Shown piece by piece: positions 26,040-40,278 of a stretch of 64,000 nucleotides of DNA (its first letter is position 1; each line of letters opens with the position of its first letter). The translations under genes were made by a program, and so were the position numbers. The stretch is from Paramecium tetraurelia (Eukaryota). The DNA is taken from the NCBI GenBank assembly GCA_000165425.1, contig CT868552.1, forward strand, positions 124,001-188,000, read 5' to 3'. The notes beneath the pieces are model-generated. The model was not told the origin of the DNA. It was given only the letters and a program-made list of their open reading frames with translations, and did not search any database.

Positions 26040-28546
26040 TCATTATTGCATTAAGACATTCTCAAAGAACAATGGATTTTCTATTGATTATTAATTATAA
26101 TTAATAATTTCTTTACTATCTTCTAGTTTTTTAATAATTCTATTCCAATTTCTCAAATCTAACTTCATTGTATATTTGGTTCCAAAAATATATTAACAAT
26201 ATTTTGCTCTTGACAACGCTACGTTAGCTCTTTTCTTATCTTTTAAAAATCCTTATTTATCATTTGATCGTACAAGTGATAAAATTATTATATCGTTTTC
26301 TTTTCCTTAAAATGAATCTACTGTGTCTAATTCAACTTAATCTATTAAATGTATTTAATTATTTTCCTGTGTCAATTTCTCCTATTATAACTTCTTGAAT
26401 ATATTGTCTGTTTAAGCTCTATAAGCACTTATGATAGTAATTGGTTTTTTATTATTGGGAAAATTCTACCCTTGTAATAAATATCTAGTCAGAAGTATTA
26501 TGGCTTAACATTCTAACTCATTTTTTTTACTAGTTTCTTCATTGCTCTCTGTGAATGCGGGAGCGTTGAAAAAAAGCCTATTGCGTGTTTAGGAAACTTT
26601 CATTTTAATCCATTCTGGGAATTACATATCTTGTATTCCATTTTTCAATTAATTTTTATAAAATAATTCAGAAGTAATTTCAGCAAGGTTTGGTATTTAT
26701 CTATATTAATGTATCAGCTTTAATGAATCATTTTTCAATCCTATTGCCAATCTTTAGAACAAAGATCTATTATAGCCATAATTAATTGATTCATTTGCGA
26801 TAACTATTGGGTTGAGTTATTTTATATCTCCAAGTAGAACAACTTTTTCAATTATCCGATATTTTACAAAGGGTATAAGCAAAGAAGGTTCTAAAGCAGT
26901 TGGTGCCTCATCAATTATGCACATTCTTAATTTTACTTTATCAAAGTATTATTCCAAACAGAGTTTAGAACAACTATTCAGGGTTGAAACTATAATATGA
27001 CACTAAATAATTAATAATATTTAATACTTAATCTAAGTACTATTATTCAATTTCTTCGTATACCTTCCTCTTCTGCTTTAATAATTAGGATAATTCATTA
27101 TATAATTTTCCATAGGCTTCCAAGATTTTCTATTTGCGAGTTCTAAAATTTAGTTCTTCTATATAACTTAATAAAGATATAAGAGTAAATTATTCATCTT
27201 TTTCAATCAAATAATTTTTAAACTCTTATAGTTAATGATGTTCAAGTTCAGATATGATTTAAGGCGTTATGCACCTGTTGTAAGATTCTCTAACATTATC
27301 TCTAACTTTGTATTAAAAAAAATGATTTTAAGATCTAATTTCTAAGCTCAATCTTTAGATATCTTTATCACATTTTTCTGGTCTTCCAAAACGGAGTATC
27401 TTTAAATAATCAGGTTTGCGATTAAAGCAGTAAATAATAGAATTTGGTTTCTCAATACTGTCTGTAATTTTCCTAACTAAATCATTGACAACGCTATTTG
27501 ATTTTGCCAGTACAAGAATACATCCTTGAGGATTATCATTATCCTTTGCTTTTATTAACAAATCCGCCATTATGGATATTATACCAATAGTGGTTTATGT
27601 CTTTCCTGTTCCTGGAGGACCTTTAATAATTGTAATCTATAAGGTTAATTAATATAATTACCCTTTTAGTAAAATCTAATGCATGTCTAATTGCTTGTAA
27701 CTAAATAGCGTTAAATTTTACTGTATATATTTAATTATTAAAATATAATTCCTATTGAACTCTTACTTTCTCGCTGAAATCTGAAATTTAAACTTGATTT
27801 AATTCTTAACATGGATCAAGTAATAGTTTATAAAATGGACATCTTTAAAGATTGAAAATAGTTTCTGTTTCATTTATGTATGCGCTCAAAGGGCTAATGG
27901 GTGAAAAATACACAAGCAATTTTTAATCCCAAATATTAGAGGATGCATCGTTTAAGAAACTTTTATAAAAATTCAAATTTTCATCAGCAGTGATTATATT
28001 TTTAAATTTAAACATATCCATAGAGTATTTAGTATAAGGTAAAATTAATTATTGTTCACCTTGCTTGTTCGAATAAATAGCCAAAGAAGTAAAATATTCA
28101 TTTGGTTTATTTGGATTTCTAGAATATACTGCCCCAAAATATTGTTATGATTGGTTAAAAATTAAATATTGTGCAAAGCGATTATATTTCCAAAATTCAT
28201 TCTTAGAAGGCGATTCATCTTTCATTATTTTATATTCCCTCAAAACATCAAATCTAACACCATCTCCTTTACTTCGATAAGCATCTTAATTCAATATTAC
28301 TTCAAAAACAAGAGGATATTAAGAGCGGTCCTTTAAATTGTTCAGAAATCTTAACTACTCCCTTCTCAATGAATGATAGGCTTCATTCTAAAGAAGTGGA
28401 AATATGAGGTCTTAATATTCTTTTATTGATTCGAAATATTTAAATCCATTTAAATTCTAAACTGATTTTTATTAGACAGCTTTATAAAAAGCTTCATTCA
28501 TAAGCACCCAAATAGGTTAAGTATACTATTAATATACACTATCCAT
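26040..28546 (-). CDS. SF1B helicase, SEN1/UPF1-like (AAA_11/AAA_12)
   Basis: [80 protein letters not shown]. Confidence 0.9.
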
Positions 28547-29535
28547 ATTTTTATTTTATTATTACCCTATAATCTAATAAATTATAGCATTATATGATTA
28601 TATCTTTAATTAATAGACAAAAAGTATAATAAAAATTCTAATATATAAAAAAATTATAAAATATTGAATTTTAAGTTCTATCTAAAAATGTCAGTTAGAA
28701 AGTTCTTCTTTGGTAATCAATTTAAAATTCTTTATTATTACTATCAGAGAGATTTAAAATGGCAAACAAACTTATAGCAATATCACATTTAACAAATAAG
28801 CTTGCTTGAAGAAAAAATAATTTATAAAACTCAACTCTACATTTAGAATAATATAGATGTAATAAGTCAAAATTGTTAATCCTGTCTCCCCTCATTGATA
28901 AGGGCAAGAATTAGATTTTGAGTTTAAATTTCCCCTAATAAAATTGGCTAGTAGAGTTCTAGTTTAAAGCAATGCTGTTGGATCTTCAAAATTTATTTTG
29001 GAACTTTAAATTATTGTGTTTCCTTAAGGATCTTTTTCTTTCTTCCTACTTAATGGTTCTATTCTCACCGTATGTTCAGATGAATCCATCTAGATTGTAA
29101 AATATAATATAATTAATATATTTGATATCATAAATTTCGCTCATTTTTTAGTGAAAACTGACATTAAGATAAAGGGTTAAGAAATTCCTATATTTTCTGA
29201 TTTAATTAATACTAAATTGGAATATTTGGCAATTAGTTTTTTAAGGGAATTAGATATTACTTAGAATATGAATTGAAGGGTCAAATATTTTATTCAAAAA
29301 TTTGGAATGAATAATAATAATTGATTTATTTCAATATAATAATACAAATTAAACTTGATAACGTAAATAAATCTTTAGATTAGCATTCAAAGTTTAAATT
29401 ACATAATTGAAGTATGCGAATTTATGATATAGAATAAAATTTTGAAGAAAATCAATAAATTTATAAAATATTACTAGTAAGTTGGGAAATTTTGAAAGTG
29501 TTTACTAGTAATAATCATTGTAAATAAATAAAATA

Positions 29536-30553
29536 ATGGGAAATGAATGCAAGTGCTTACAAGCATATGAAGAACCAACTTAAACATTGATCACAAAGGG
29601 TGAGAGATCAAGTGAAATACAAAAATAATTAATTAGCGAAAGAAAACTCTTAAAATAAAGGAGACATAATACTGAAACAATATATTAGTCAAACAATAAT
29701 AATAATCAAAAATCATCAAAGCAATCATAGAGAAAGGATGTCTAGGGTCAAAATTATTACTTTCAAAGTATAAACTCTTATAAAGAATTTCATTCTCTCT
29801 AAAACCCTTTTGAACTAAGTTAATCATTATCACATTAAAAAACAGAGTAGAAAAAGCCTTTTATTAATTTACTTTATGATGGAGATTGGGTAACTCATTT
29901 GATCATAATAGTTAGGAGAAGTTAGAGATGGTTTTGGAGAATAAATTTGGAAAGATGGGGCTAGATATATAGGGGAGTGGAGAAACAATTAAGCTAATGG
30001 TTATGGTATATTCTATCATGTTGACGGAGATATTTATGAAGGATTTTGGAAGGATGATAAAGCCTCAGGGTATGGAGTATACATGCATAAAGATGGATCA
30101 AGATATGAAGGGGATTGGGATTAAGATCTCTACCATGGAACTGGTTGCGAAGTATGGGTAGATGGGAGTAAATATGAAGGATAGTATTCAAAAGGTATGA
30201 AAAATGGAAAAGGAATATATCGATGGGCTGATGGGAGTGTTTATGATGGATAATGGTAAGACAATAAGATGAATGGCTTTGGCAAATACACATGGGCAGA
30301 TGGAAGATATTATGAAGGGTAATGGAAGAATGATATGATGCATGGTACTGGAATTCAAATTTGGCCAGATGGGAGAAAATATGAAGGAAATTATGAATTT
30401 GATAAACGAAATGGTTTTGGTATCATGGAGTGGGGCAATGGAAAACAATACGAAGGCTATTGGTTAAACGGTAAATAGCATGGTGAAGGTAAAATAATAA
30501 GTGCAAATAAAGAAATATAAGTATGCTAATGGAGAGATGGTTAGAGACTATGA
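29536..30553 (+). CDS. MORN-repeat protein with predicted N-acylation
   Basis: Starts MGNECKC; about 9 repeats of YEGxWxxxxxxGxGxxxWxDG. Confidence 0.9.
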
Positions 30554-31402
30554 TATATGATATTATTTTAGTTAATATCAAATCTTATAAGCAACAACTA
30601 AAAATTCATCAATGAGGAAGTACTCATCTAACATAAGTGTCAATCAGAATAAAGTTAAAGATCTAATAATCGATACTTTCTTAGGTTATTTAAGCTTAAG
30701 TCACTAATTCTATAGTACAAATAAGATCCAATCACAATATGTGAAGTTAAGTAAGATAATCGACTACTTTTTAAAAAATAAGGTTTATATCCATAATCAA
30801 ATGTGAGTTAAAACTAAATCAATAATATTTGGATATACAGTAACAAGAGAAATGAAATATTATTTAATATAGTCTTTTATAAAATAAATTATAAAGTTTG
30901 AAAACTAAAATTAGAATCAGTTTTCTTATCTCTCAAATTATGAAAGAATTAGAGTTTGTAAGTGTTCTATTTGTTATCTCTATTAATTCTGATTTTTTAT
31001 ATGTTAAATACTTAAAATTTTGAATATTTTAACATTCAAAATTATATAAAGTTAATAGTAATTATTTTAGCAAGATTATTTATTAATCAATAATTATAAA
31101 CCAAAATAAACCAGCTATCTGATTTATTGTATGCCTATATTGTTCATTTGAGTTAAAACCCTTATTTTTTTATAATTTATATCATTTTCGAATGATTAAT
31201 AACAATTTTGATGATTGACTTAATTATTTATTAAAACCTTATCCAGTTGATATTAAAAACACAGAGTATACAGATTATTTAATGATCGATCTTTTTAGAT
31301 ATAATTATTTATTCATTGTAAAATGTATTAAGTAAAGAAGGCTTTTAGAATGTTTCTAATGAAAACTTAGTCATTTATTTATAAAAAAAGTGATATAAAA
31401 TT

Positions 31403-32467
31403 ATGAAACCATTAAATAAAAATGTTTAGGTAATTCATAATTGGCATGATGCTCCAGTCAGAGTGAATCTTAAAAAGTATTGGAAAAAGAATCCTCTCGA
31501 TTATGTTCAACTTCCTAAACCGTATTCACAAAAGAATAAGATAACATACTCGAAAAGAATCATCAATGATTTCGTTGAAGTTGTGAATAATCGACAAGAG
31601 ATGGTTAATGGTATAGTTGAAACAGCCAATCATTTTCAGATGGCATCATCAAAAATATAAGATTGCTTTGCAGAGTTTTATGGTCCTGATACACATTATC
31701 AATAAGAATTAGATAGAGTTTTAGACAATGTCAAACCTGAATTTAGATACATAAAGGCAATTGCACATCAGAATCTAAAAAAAATACATAGTCTTTTAAG
31801 AAAACAAAAGCAGGAAACACAATAGGATCTACACCCATTAAAAATATTGACTAAAAAAGATAAATTGTTTTTACTTAGCGATCCAAAAAATGCTGATATA
31901 TTAAAAAGTGATTCCAGATAATCCAGAACAGAAACCATTCCTATTACTCCTGGAGAAGATAAGTTTACATCATAATATAAAATGATGATACAAAAAGAAC
32001 ATTAAAGAGAACAACAAAAATAGAATATGATTTAAATAAGATTGTTTGATAGTTAACTGAAATATTAAGGTGATGATTTTGTAAAATAGAATATATTCAA
32101 ATCAAACATGAAACATACCTACACTCCTAAAAATATTGATAGCAATTATTATGTTAATAATTTGAGACATTCTACTTAGGAATCTGTCGAATTTAAAACT
32201 CCATCTCATTTTAAAACTGCTATACACAGTCGCCAAATAAGCAAATATACATCTCCTAATGGTTCTCAAGATCTGGTCATTGGTTATGATACTATTAAAG
32301 AAGATAAACTGGGACTTCAATAGCATTTAGGTGAAGGAATGAAAAAGAGATCCTATCGCTCCTTTAAGGATTTAATAAACCAGCCTAAAGAATTTGAAAT
32401 CAGAAATGTGACAGAAATGAAAAAATTCACAAGAACAACATCCTAACCAATACTCAGTCAAATATGA
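31403..32467 (+). CDS. Hypothetical protein (354 aa)
   Basis: MKPLNKNVQVIHNWHDAPVRVNLKKYWKKNP...; 1065 nt in frame to TGA. Confidence 0.7.
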
Positions 32468-33121
32468 TTTTAAAATTATCATTTTAACTTAATTTAAAAA
32501 TAAGCAATACTTCTTTTTCATAATATTTACAGGATACTGTAATGCTTTGATGTTTATAATCAGACCCAAAGCAAAAACTAAATAATTATGTTATAAGATG
32601 CTTATTCCTTTGTGTGGGTGCTTAGAGCCACTAGTAAAGAATTTAAATATTTGGGAATCTATAGGGGCTCATTAAAATCTTAGGTCACGAAGTATTAAAG
32701 AAGGAGGATTTAATTGACATTAAATTAAATAAGAAGAAAAACCACTTTGCTTTAAGATCCATAAAATTATGATTAATCAAGAAGAGGCTTAGAATCATTA
32801 CTGAAATATAAACAATTTCAACGAATTATACAAATTTAATATATATTTACTATCATATTCATTAAAAATACATCAAATTATACAATCTTTATAATTATTT
32901 TGCCATACTTATAAATAATTAATTAATAACATATTAGCAATTGATCCTATTTTTCAGTTAGTTTCTAAACTAAGTCTTAAATTGCAATTGAAAATCAATA
33001 CTATGGATGGGGTTCTATTCTTTATTCAAAATTGTCTTTGGAAGAATTTTTGCATTTTTAATAATATATAATTTTAATATAATTATTAAGCATTTCTGAT
33101 TTAAATAAATTTATTGACATT

Positions 33122-36100
33122 TCATTTTTTAGATGCCTTTCTGTTTTTCTATAACTTAACATCTGAAATAACAATAAAACTTTTACAATTAGAGAAGGTC
33201 TCTTAATATTTTTTCTTTTTTAATTTATTTTATTAATATTTATTTAATAATTGCGTTAGTTAATTTATAAAATCTATTAGTATATTTGATGCTATGATCA
33301 ATGAAAATAATCCTATATGAATCCATCCAAATAAGCTAATAATGTTATCATCCACAACTAATATGTAAGGAAAAAGGGATGAGACTATTATTAGAAATGT
33401 CATTTCTCTAACAATGATTTTGATTTTCTCTAATTTTTAAGTACATGGTTGGGCAACCAAAAGATAATATAAGTAAAAATTAGATAATATTGTTAATGAT
33501 ATAACCTATATAACTGGGGAATTACTCAGAAAACAAACAATCCCCATATAAACGGCAACTTTTACCATTGAAAAGGGAATGAAGTATCTGGCCCAATAGG
33601 TTTATTTAACATTTTCGTAAAATATTGAAAATCGATTTTTAGTTGCTATTTTGTATTATTTTTGTAAAACTACAATTGATTTAAATAGAAATAAGTGAGG
33701 TATTATAATAGCAATTAATGCATTAAAAGAGTTAAAAGTGATAAATATATCCTACAATTAGAAATTAAATTGATATTCTGGACATTAGATATAAGCACTG
33801 TACATTAACTAATATTATGTCGATATAAAAACTTTTATCATTCCTGAATAGAAAAAGTAATTTGATGTTTTTTCAGAAAACTATTTTATCATTCTGAAGA
33901 TTATATACAACATTTTTAGTCTTTTAAAGTGTTTAAAAGATGAAAATTTAGTATAGACATAATGGCTACGCCTTTTGATTATTTTTGAAATTAAAAACAG
34001 TGTAAATGTAGTGAACATGGTTAAATAAAAGCTCTTAGCATTTACAAGGAAAAAAGCATTATTTAATTCAGGATCATCTTATTTTAGATTATTTGATTAA
34101 ATAAATGGAGTTTTACCAAAATTCAATTTGGAGAAATAATAATCAATCTGTAATTTATCATATAAAGGTTAAAATGAGATTATTTTAAATACTTTTAAAT
34201 ACTGCTCCAGATGACTTGGGTATGGCACAGCTAAATATCTTACATAAGACAATTGTTACAAAAGTGCCAGCATATTGAAAAATAAATCAAAGTTCCCTGT
34301 TAATACTGATAGAGTGGAAGATGCAATAAAGACATAAATCATAATTTCATTAAATTATATTGCACTATCTAATCGATTCTTTGCATCAAGGGATAAAATT
34401 AAAGGATTACCTAAACTTATAGTTTTAGATAACACAATTAACTCTTGATTGAGATTATTAATAAGAATTGATTCTATAAATGAAACAGTAGCAAAAGGTT
34501 CATCAACTGATTCTAATAACGATATTTATATTTTGTATTAAACATTAGTTAATGTTGGTGTAGCTTATTTAATAGGAACTATAGTGTAATCAAAGTTTAC
34601 ATTCTTTGTTACATTAATTTTAATATAATCTTCTAAATTGCAAAGCATTTTCAACTTTATTTATTAATTAAATTACATCATAATAATTTATTCACTATCT
34701 CTTTTTTAAGATTGGTTCTCAAAGAGCACTTTTGGTGCTACTTAATTTATACATTCACTTAGTCCAGTAATTTATGATTAATTACAAATCCAATTTTCTT
34801 CAACCTTACAATTAGCATCACAACCATCAAAATCATCATTATTTCCATCATCACATTGTTCATATTCCCCAACTAACTGACCATTTCCACAAACAGATTT
34901 GCATTAATTATTGTATTATTCCCAACCTTTTTAACAAAGTTAGCATTAACCTTAAGAGCATATAAGACATTGTTTATGACATTAAAATCTACAGCCAAAA
35001 CAGCCATCCTCTTTGATTTCATTCATGTCGTCGCATTCTTCCTATCCATTAATTAAACCATCCCCACAAATTTCATAACATTAAGCATCTGAACTTAATT
35101 CATAACCAATGGAGCACTCCAAACACATTTTAGACTCACAAACATTACATCCATATTAACATTATACTTTACATTTATAACACCCATCATAAGGTAATAA
35201 GTTTCCATCATCACATTCTTCATTCAATCCTGCAATTCCATCTCCACAAATAGTATCACACTATAGATAAATACATTATTTCTTATCCTCATCCCATAAA
35301 CAGTTCATGTTAAATTAATCAGTTAGACATCCTTCTTTGGTTGATATTGAATTGCATGTTTTCAGTTAACTACAACCTCCATTCAGTTTTGCAGTGCATC
35401 CTTGGAAATACTATTAACATTATTAATGAGTTTAAATGCTATTAGGCGCAGAATCACAGGATTTGAGAACACATTAATTTTCCTCTTCTAACCATTAACA
35501 ATCTAAAAAATCAATTGAGTAAGTGCATCCTGAAGAATAGATGGCATTTTCACATTATTTTCTTTAAATACATTAGAAACCATTTGTAGTGCATTAACTA
35601 TTTGAAAGTACAGATTAACATTTCGTATCTGTGTTGTATTTAAAATCTTCACATTTCGATTATCTACATTAAGAAGGTTAGCAATTGTAATGAAAAGATT
35701 AACATTCAAATAATTAATTATAATTTTAAGGAGCTTAGTCACAAATTAGTTCTGAACAAATTTAATGGATTTAATCCCAAAAGCAGAGTAATCCAGATAA
35801 ATTTCTTTGATCAGGAGTTAAACATTAGAATTAATTGTAATTTTTGCATATTTTGTATTTAATTATACATCCAGATCTATCCTCATTTATTGTGCAATTA
35901 CTACCATAATTATTCTCACATGATCCAATATCATAAATCATATTTTTAGTAGCATTCCTACAGTTATCAAAAATACATTTGTTATCTATCCAACTACATA
36001 TCTTATGATTTAAATTGATAACACATTAATATTCATCTTAATATTCATTGCATTAAAGTAAATTTTAACATGAATATTATGAATTTTAAATGTTAATAGT

Positions 36101-39100
36101 ACAATCTGAAGATATTTATTAGCAATCTTAATGGGTTTATACTAACTATTCAATCTCATTGCATAAAAAATTGATACATTGATTTAATTTAGCCTTCCAG
36201 TAACATTTATTTTATCGATAATCAAATTTACAGTTTTCTTACTTTTTGTAATCTTAACAAAATTAAGCATAAGGTTAACAACTATAAATAAACTCTTTTT
36301 CTCGGCATTTTTTATACAAAAGAAAGGAATCGCATTTATATTGAAAGTATGTAGTTGCTTATGAGCATTTTGTATTTCTAACACAACCATTATATTATTC
36401 ATTTATTTCTACAAAGTAAACTAAAATTTACACAATTCTAAGCATCAATTGTTTAGTTAGGAATCAATTAGCATTAACTTATTTCCTCACATTGAGATTT
36501 TAAAGGATTATACACACAAAATAATTGTCTGCTTTTGCAAATTTAAAATAAATTACGGTTTGAAAATAAAATTCTAAAATGACAAACTAATTAAAAGCAT
36601 TTTTCATTACTCCAAATACATCTTTCAAATTTAGAATTTTAAATACATTAATTTTAATTTTGAATCTAATTACAAAAAGAAGGTATTTCAATGCAGGTAG
36701 TAGTGTTTGAGATGGATGTTTAAGATGTACAAGTTGGCAATTTTTCTTGACACATTTAATGTGACGTTGGATTATAAATTTATGAACATAATGTAATATC
36801 AGAACAACCATTTGAATTCCAAAAGCAATATATTTTTTACCCCTATGGATTGATATATGATACTTTGTTACATATCAATTCAGATGTTTCTTAAGAACAC
36901 GAAGTCCTATCGGTACAACTCTTTTTTGTTTAATCATAGGAGCAAGAATCTAACCATAATATGCATTACTCAACAGACTGAGGTTCTTCATTGATGTAAT
37001 TGCAAGTTCTGACTTGACATGTGGAATTATTCCAAACGCATTAAATATTATTGTTTAAAGTAATTAAATCGCATTAACTTCGTAAAACATTTAAGCAAGA
37101 AGTAAAAGTGCAGCGATTATTTTGAATAAAATCTAATTCACAAGTTTTCGAATAAAGTTTACATTAACGCTAACTATTCTATGAATATTTTATTCTACAA
37201 TCTTCCAATGGATTTGATATTTAACTGAGGACTGCACATTGGGTGTCATTATAAGAGCATATCTCATTGTTGATTGTTGCAATTATATCACATTAATCTT
37301 TCGGAACTTAATCACAAGTTTAAGGAGTTTCAATACAAGTTTTTAATGGGTCAAAATATTAATATAGGAATCCTTTATCCTTATTTTCATAGATACAACT
37401 ATAAATATAATTTGGAACTTGTGTTAAATATTTTGCAACTACACAAGTTAAAGTTTAAGTTTAAGATGAAGTTGAACGAGAAGCTAAACGTGTAGGTGAA
37501 CCTGTATGTGACTTTGAGCCTGAGGTTGAGCCTGAGGTTGAGGTTGAAGTTGAGCCTGAGTCTGAGGTTGAACCTGAGCCTGAACCTGAGTCTGAGGTTG
37601 AGTCTGAACCTGAACTTGAGGTTGAACCTGAACCTGAACCTGAACCTGAACCTGAACCTGAACCTGAACCTGAACCTGAACCTGAACCTGAACCTGAACC
37701 TGAACCTGAACCTGAACCTGAACCTGAACCTGAACCTGAACCTGAACCTGAACCTGAACCTGAACCTGAACCTGAACCTGAACCTGAACCTGAACCTGAA
37801 CCTGAGTCTGAGATTGAGTCTGAACCTGAACCTGAACCTGAGTCTGAGATTGAGTCTGAACCTGAACCTGAACCTGAACCTGAACTTGAGGTTAAAGTGT
37901 CCACTGAACATTTTTCACCTGCAGAATTAACTTTACAATCAGACATATTATTGTTATAATCGCTGCAATTTGGTTTCTTATCTTAGCATGTAACAATTTC
38001 AGTTGAAATTGTACATAAAGGAGAAAAGTTTGAACAATCATCAGCAGTAGTGGGAATAGATGAAATATCACTGCACTTCTTTGTATAACAGTTTGTTCCA
38101 TTCCACTGACATGGTTAATTATTGATATCAGTTAAACATTCAGTGTTAGTTTAATAGCTTTCACAATTTAATTTAGTTGCACAACTAGATCCTAATTTAA
38201 GTGTACATTTAGGATTCCATGCTTAGCATTCTTCATGAGTACTAAACTATTGTATCTCTGGTGCATCAGTACATAAATCATATATTCCAGAATCAATTTC
38301 ACATCCTAATCCAGACTTACTTAATTTACAATTTGATAGCCATTATCTACATTATAAATTAGATTTTAAGTTAGTACTTGCATTCATACAAGTCCTATCT
38401 TCACACTTATTTGTCTAAGTATTCCAAAAACATAAATTATTCAATGAACCTAGAGTACATTACAATTCTTCAGTCAATTACAAACATTAAGGAAATTATT
38501 CAATGCATCCTCCATTCTGTTTATTAACACATTTCTAAGTGTTGTACTTAACCCAATCTTAACATTAAGATATTGTATCTAATGAGACAGGAGCATTATT
38601 GCAAGTTTAAAATTCGCATAATTTTATCTCATTGTTCCAAAAACAAGGAATTCCTTGTAATGTTGATGTGCATTATTGTTAATATTTAAATTGGTGACAA
38701 TCCATATATTTTGTAATACAACCATTCATATATATCATACTTGTTGTCACAATTATATTTATTGTACATCTAATATCCCAATTTTAACAATCTTCATAAG
38801 AACTTAAATAAAATGAAGCTGACTCACATCTTTTATGTGAACAGCCAGACGGAATTGTACATTTATTCATTTCAAAATCATAATTACATTCTTTATCTGA
38901 TAAATTTTCACATACTTTGTTAATACAACTTTTAGTTAAATAATTGTAAGTACAAATGCTTAATCTATCTGAACATTTTTTATCTGTATCTTATTTAGGA
39001 TATTTAAAACTCTGACATTCTTCTTCAAAACATTCATCATTTTCAATAATACATTACTTCCTATTTTTATTTTTCACACAACTTTTTAGATTCTTAATGT

Positions 39101-40278
39101 CATTGCAATTTTGAAAATTATCAATACAGCCATTTCCTTGTCCACTTATACATTAATAATCATCCAGCCATTATATACATTAATTATGATCAAAATTTAG
39201 AGGAGCATCTTTACATTCTTTAACTTTACATTGTTATATTCTTTCATCCCATATACAATATTTGCCAGCTACTTAATTAGTGATTAGGCAAGAATCTTAC
39301 GTTTCTAATTAATCACATTAATTCGGTTTGTTTTTACATCCTCCGTTTTTTTTTGATACGCAGACTTAATTGCCATTATCAAATGATTAGCATTAAAGCA
39401 TTGAGTTTATTGTTATTGGGGCCTAATCACAATTTTTATAATAGCATTATCCTTAATAAAAGATACAAGGATTTCCAAGATTATCTATTACACACCCTTA
39501 TTATTATTAATATTATTAACATGATGATTTATCAATACATCTAGTGCCATCAGTGGTGCAATTTGATAAAAAATTTTAACATTCATGATGAATTTATAAA
39601 TATTTATTAGAACAATTTTTCTCAAAACATTTCTTTAATTTTTATTCCCAAAAACATTTAACATTCTAATAAGTTTAAAAGCATTACTCCTCTAAAGTAT
39701 ACATATTACAATAATCTTTTGATCTCATACATCCACCTTAATTAGATGTTGTGCAATTGTTAATTTATTCTCTGCAAGCATTGTCTGTATTTAAGATTTA
39801 AGGCAATTCTTCACAATTTTCAACATTTAAACATTTAGGACCATCAATTGTTATTTTCCATATACAATATTTCCCATGTATATTTTTATTTTGACAACTC
39901 ACTTTATTTATATATTCTTGGCATTCATTCTTAGGAATGCAAATTTATCCATTTGAAATACACCAATACGATGATGATAGGCATTTATCTTTCAATAAGT
40001 CTTCACATTTTGTAAATTCTTAGCATTTTCCTAAGTGAAATGCACACTTTTTATTTAAAATGCATTCATCCTCAACAAATTATGAACAATATGATACTTT
40101 GAATTTAAGATTCAGCATTCAAATCTATTTAACACTTTTCACTCGTATTATTCCATAAACATTTTTGGGACTTATTGCATTTATGTTCCTTGATAATATG
40201 AGCACATTCACATGAGATATTCATTGTTTTATTTAAATGGGATTGTAGCAGAAAAAAGATAAAAACTATCAGAGCCAT
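33122..40278 (-). CDS. Large Cys-rich surface protein (Paramecium surface-antigen-like repeats, Ser-Gly tract, CDDGN repeats, C-terminal multi-TM region); two apparent frameshifts
   Basis: Signal peptide [11 protein letters not shown]; periodic CxW...C repeats; [13 protein letters not shown] repeats at about 34800-35250; hydrophobic C-terminal segments; frame changes near 40100 and 36410. Confidence 0.85.
37510..37890. repeat. Coding hexamer repeat (TGAACC)n with degenerate flanks; encodes (Ser-Gly)n on the minus strand
   Basis: About 30 perfect TGAACC copies at 37623-37802, flanked by TGAGTC/TGAGCC/TGAGGT variants. Confidence 0.97.

Noticed and set aside
28688..29280. Short ORFs on both strands (e.g. 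MDSSEHTVRIEPL on minus)
   Set aside because: No motif, strand ambiguous, no coherent gene model
29994..30448. His/Ile-rich minus-strand ORFs
   Set aside because: Antisense shadows of the MORN-repeat gene
37623..37802. Possible telomeric or CRISPR-like repeat
   Set aside because: The unit is not the Paramecium telomere repeat (TT[T/G]GGG), has no spacers, and lies in coding frame
37399..37930. (FR)n and (LN)n ORFs in other frames and on the other strand
   Set aside because: By-products of the TGAACC array; only the Ser-Gly frame is continuous with the Cys-rich gene
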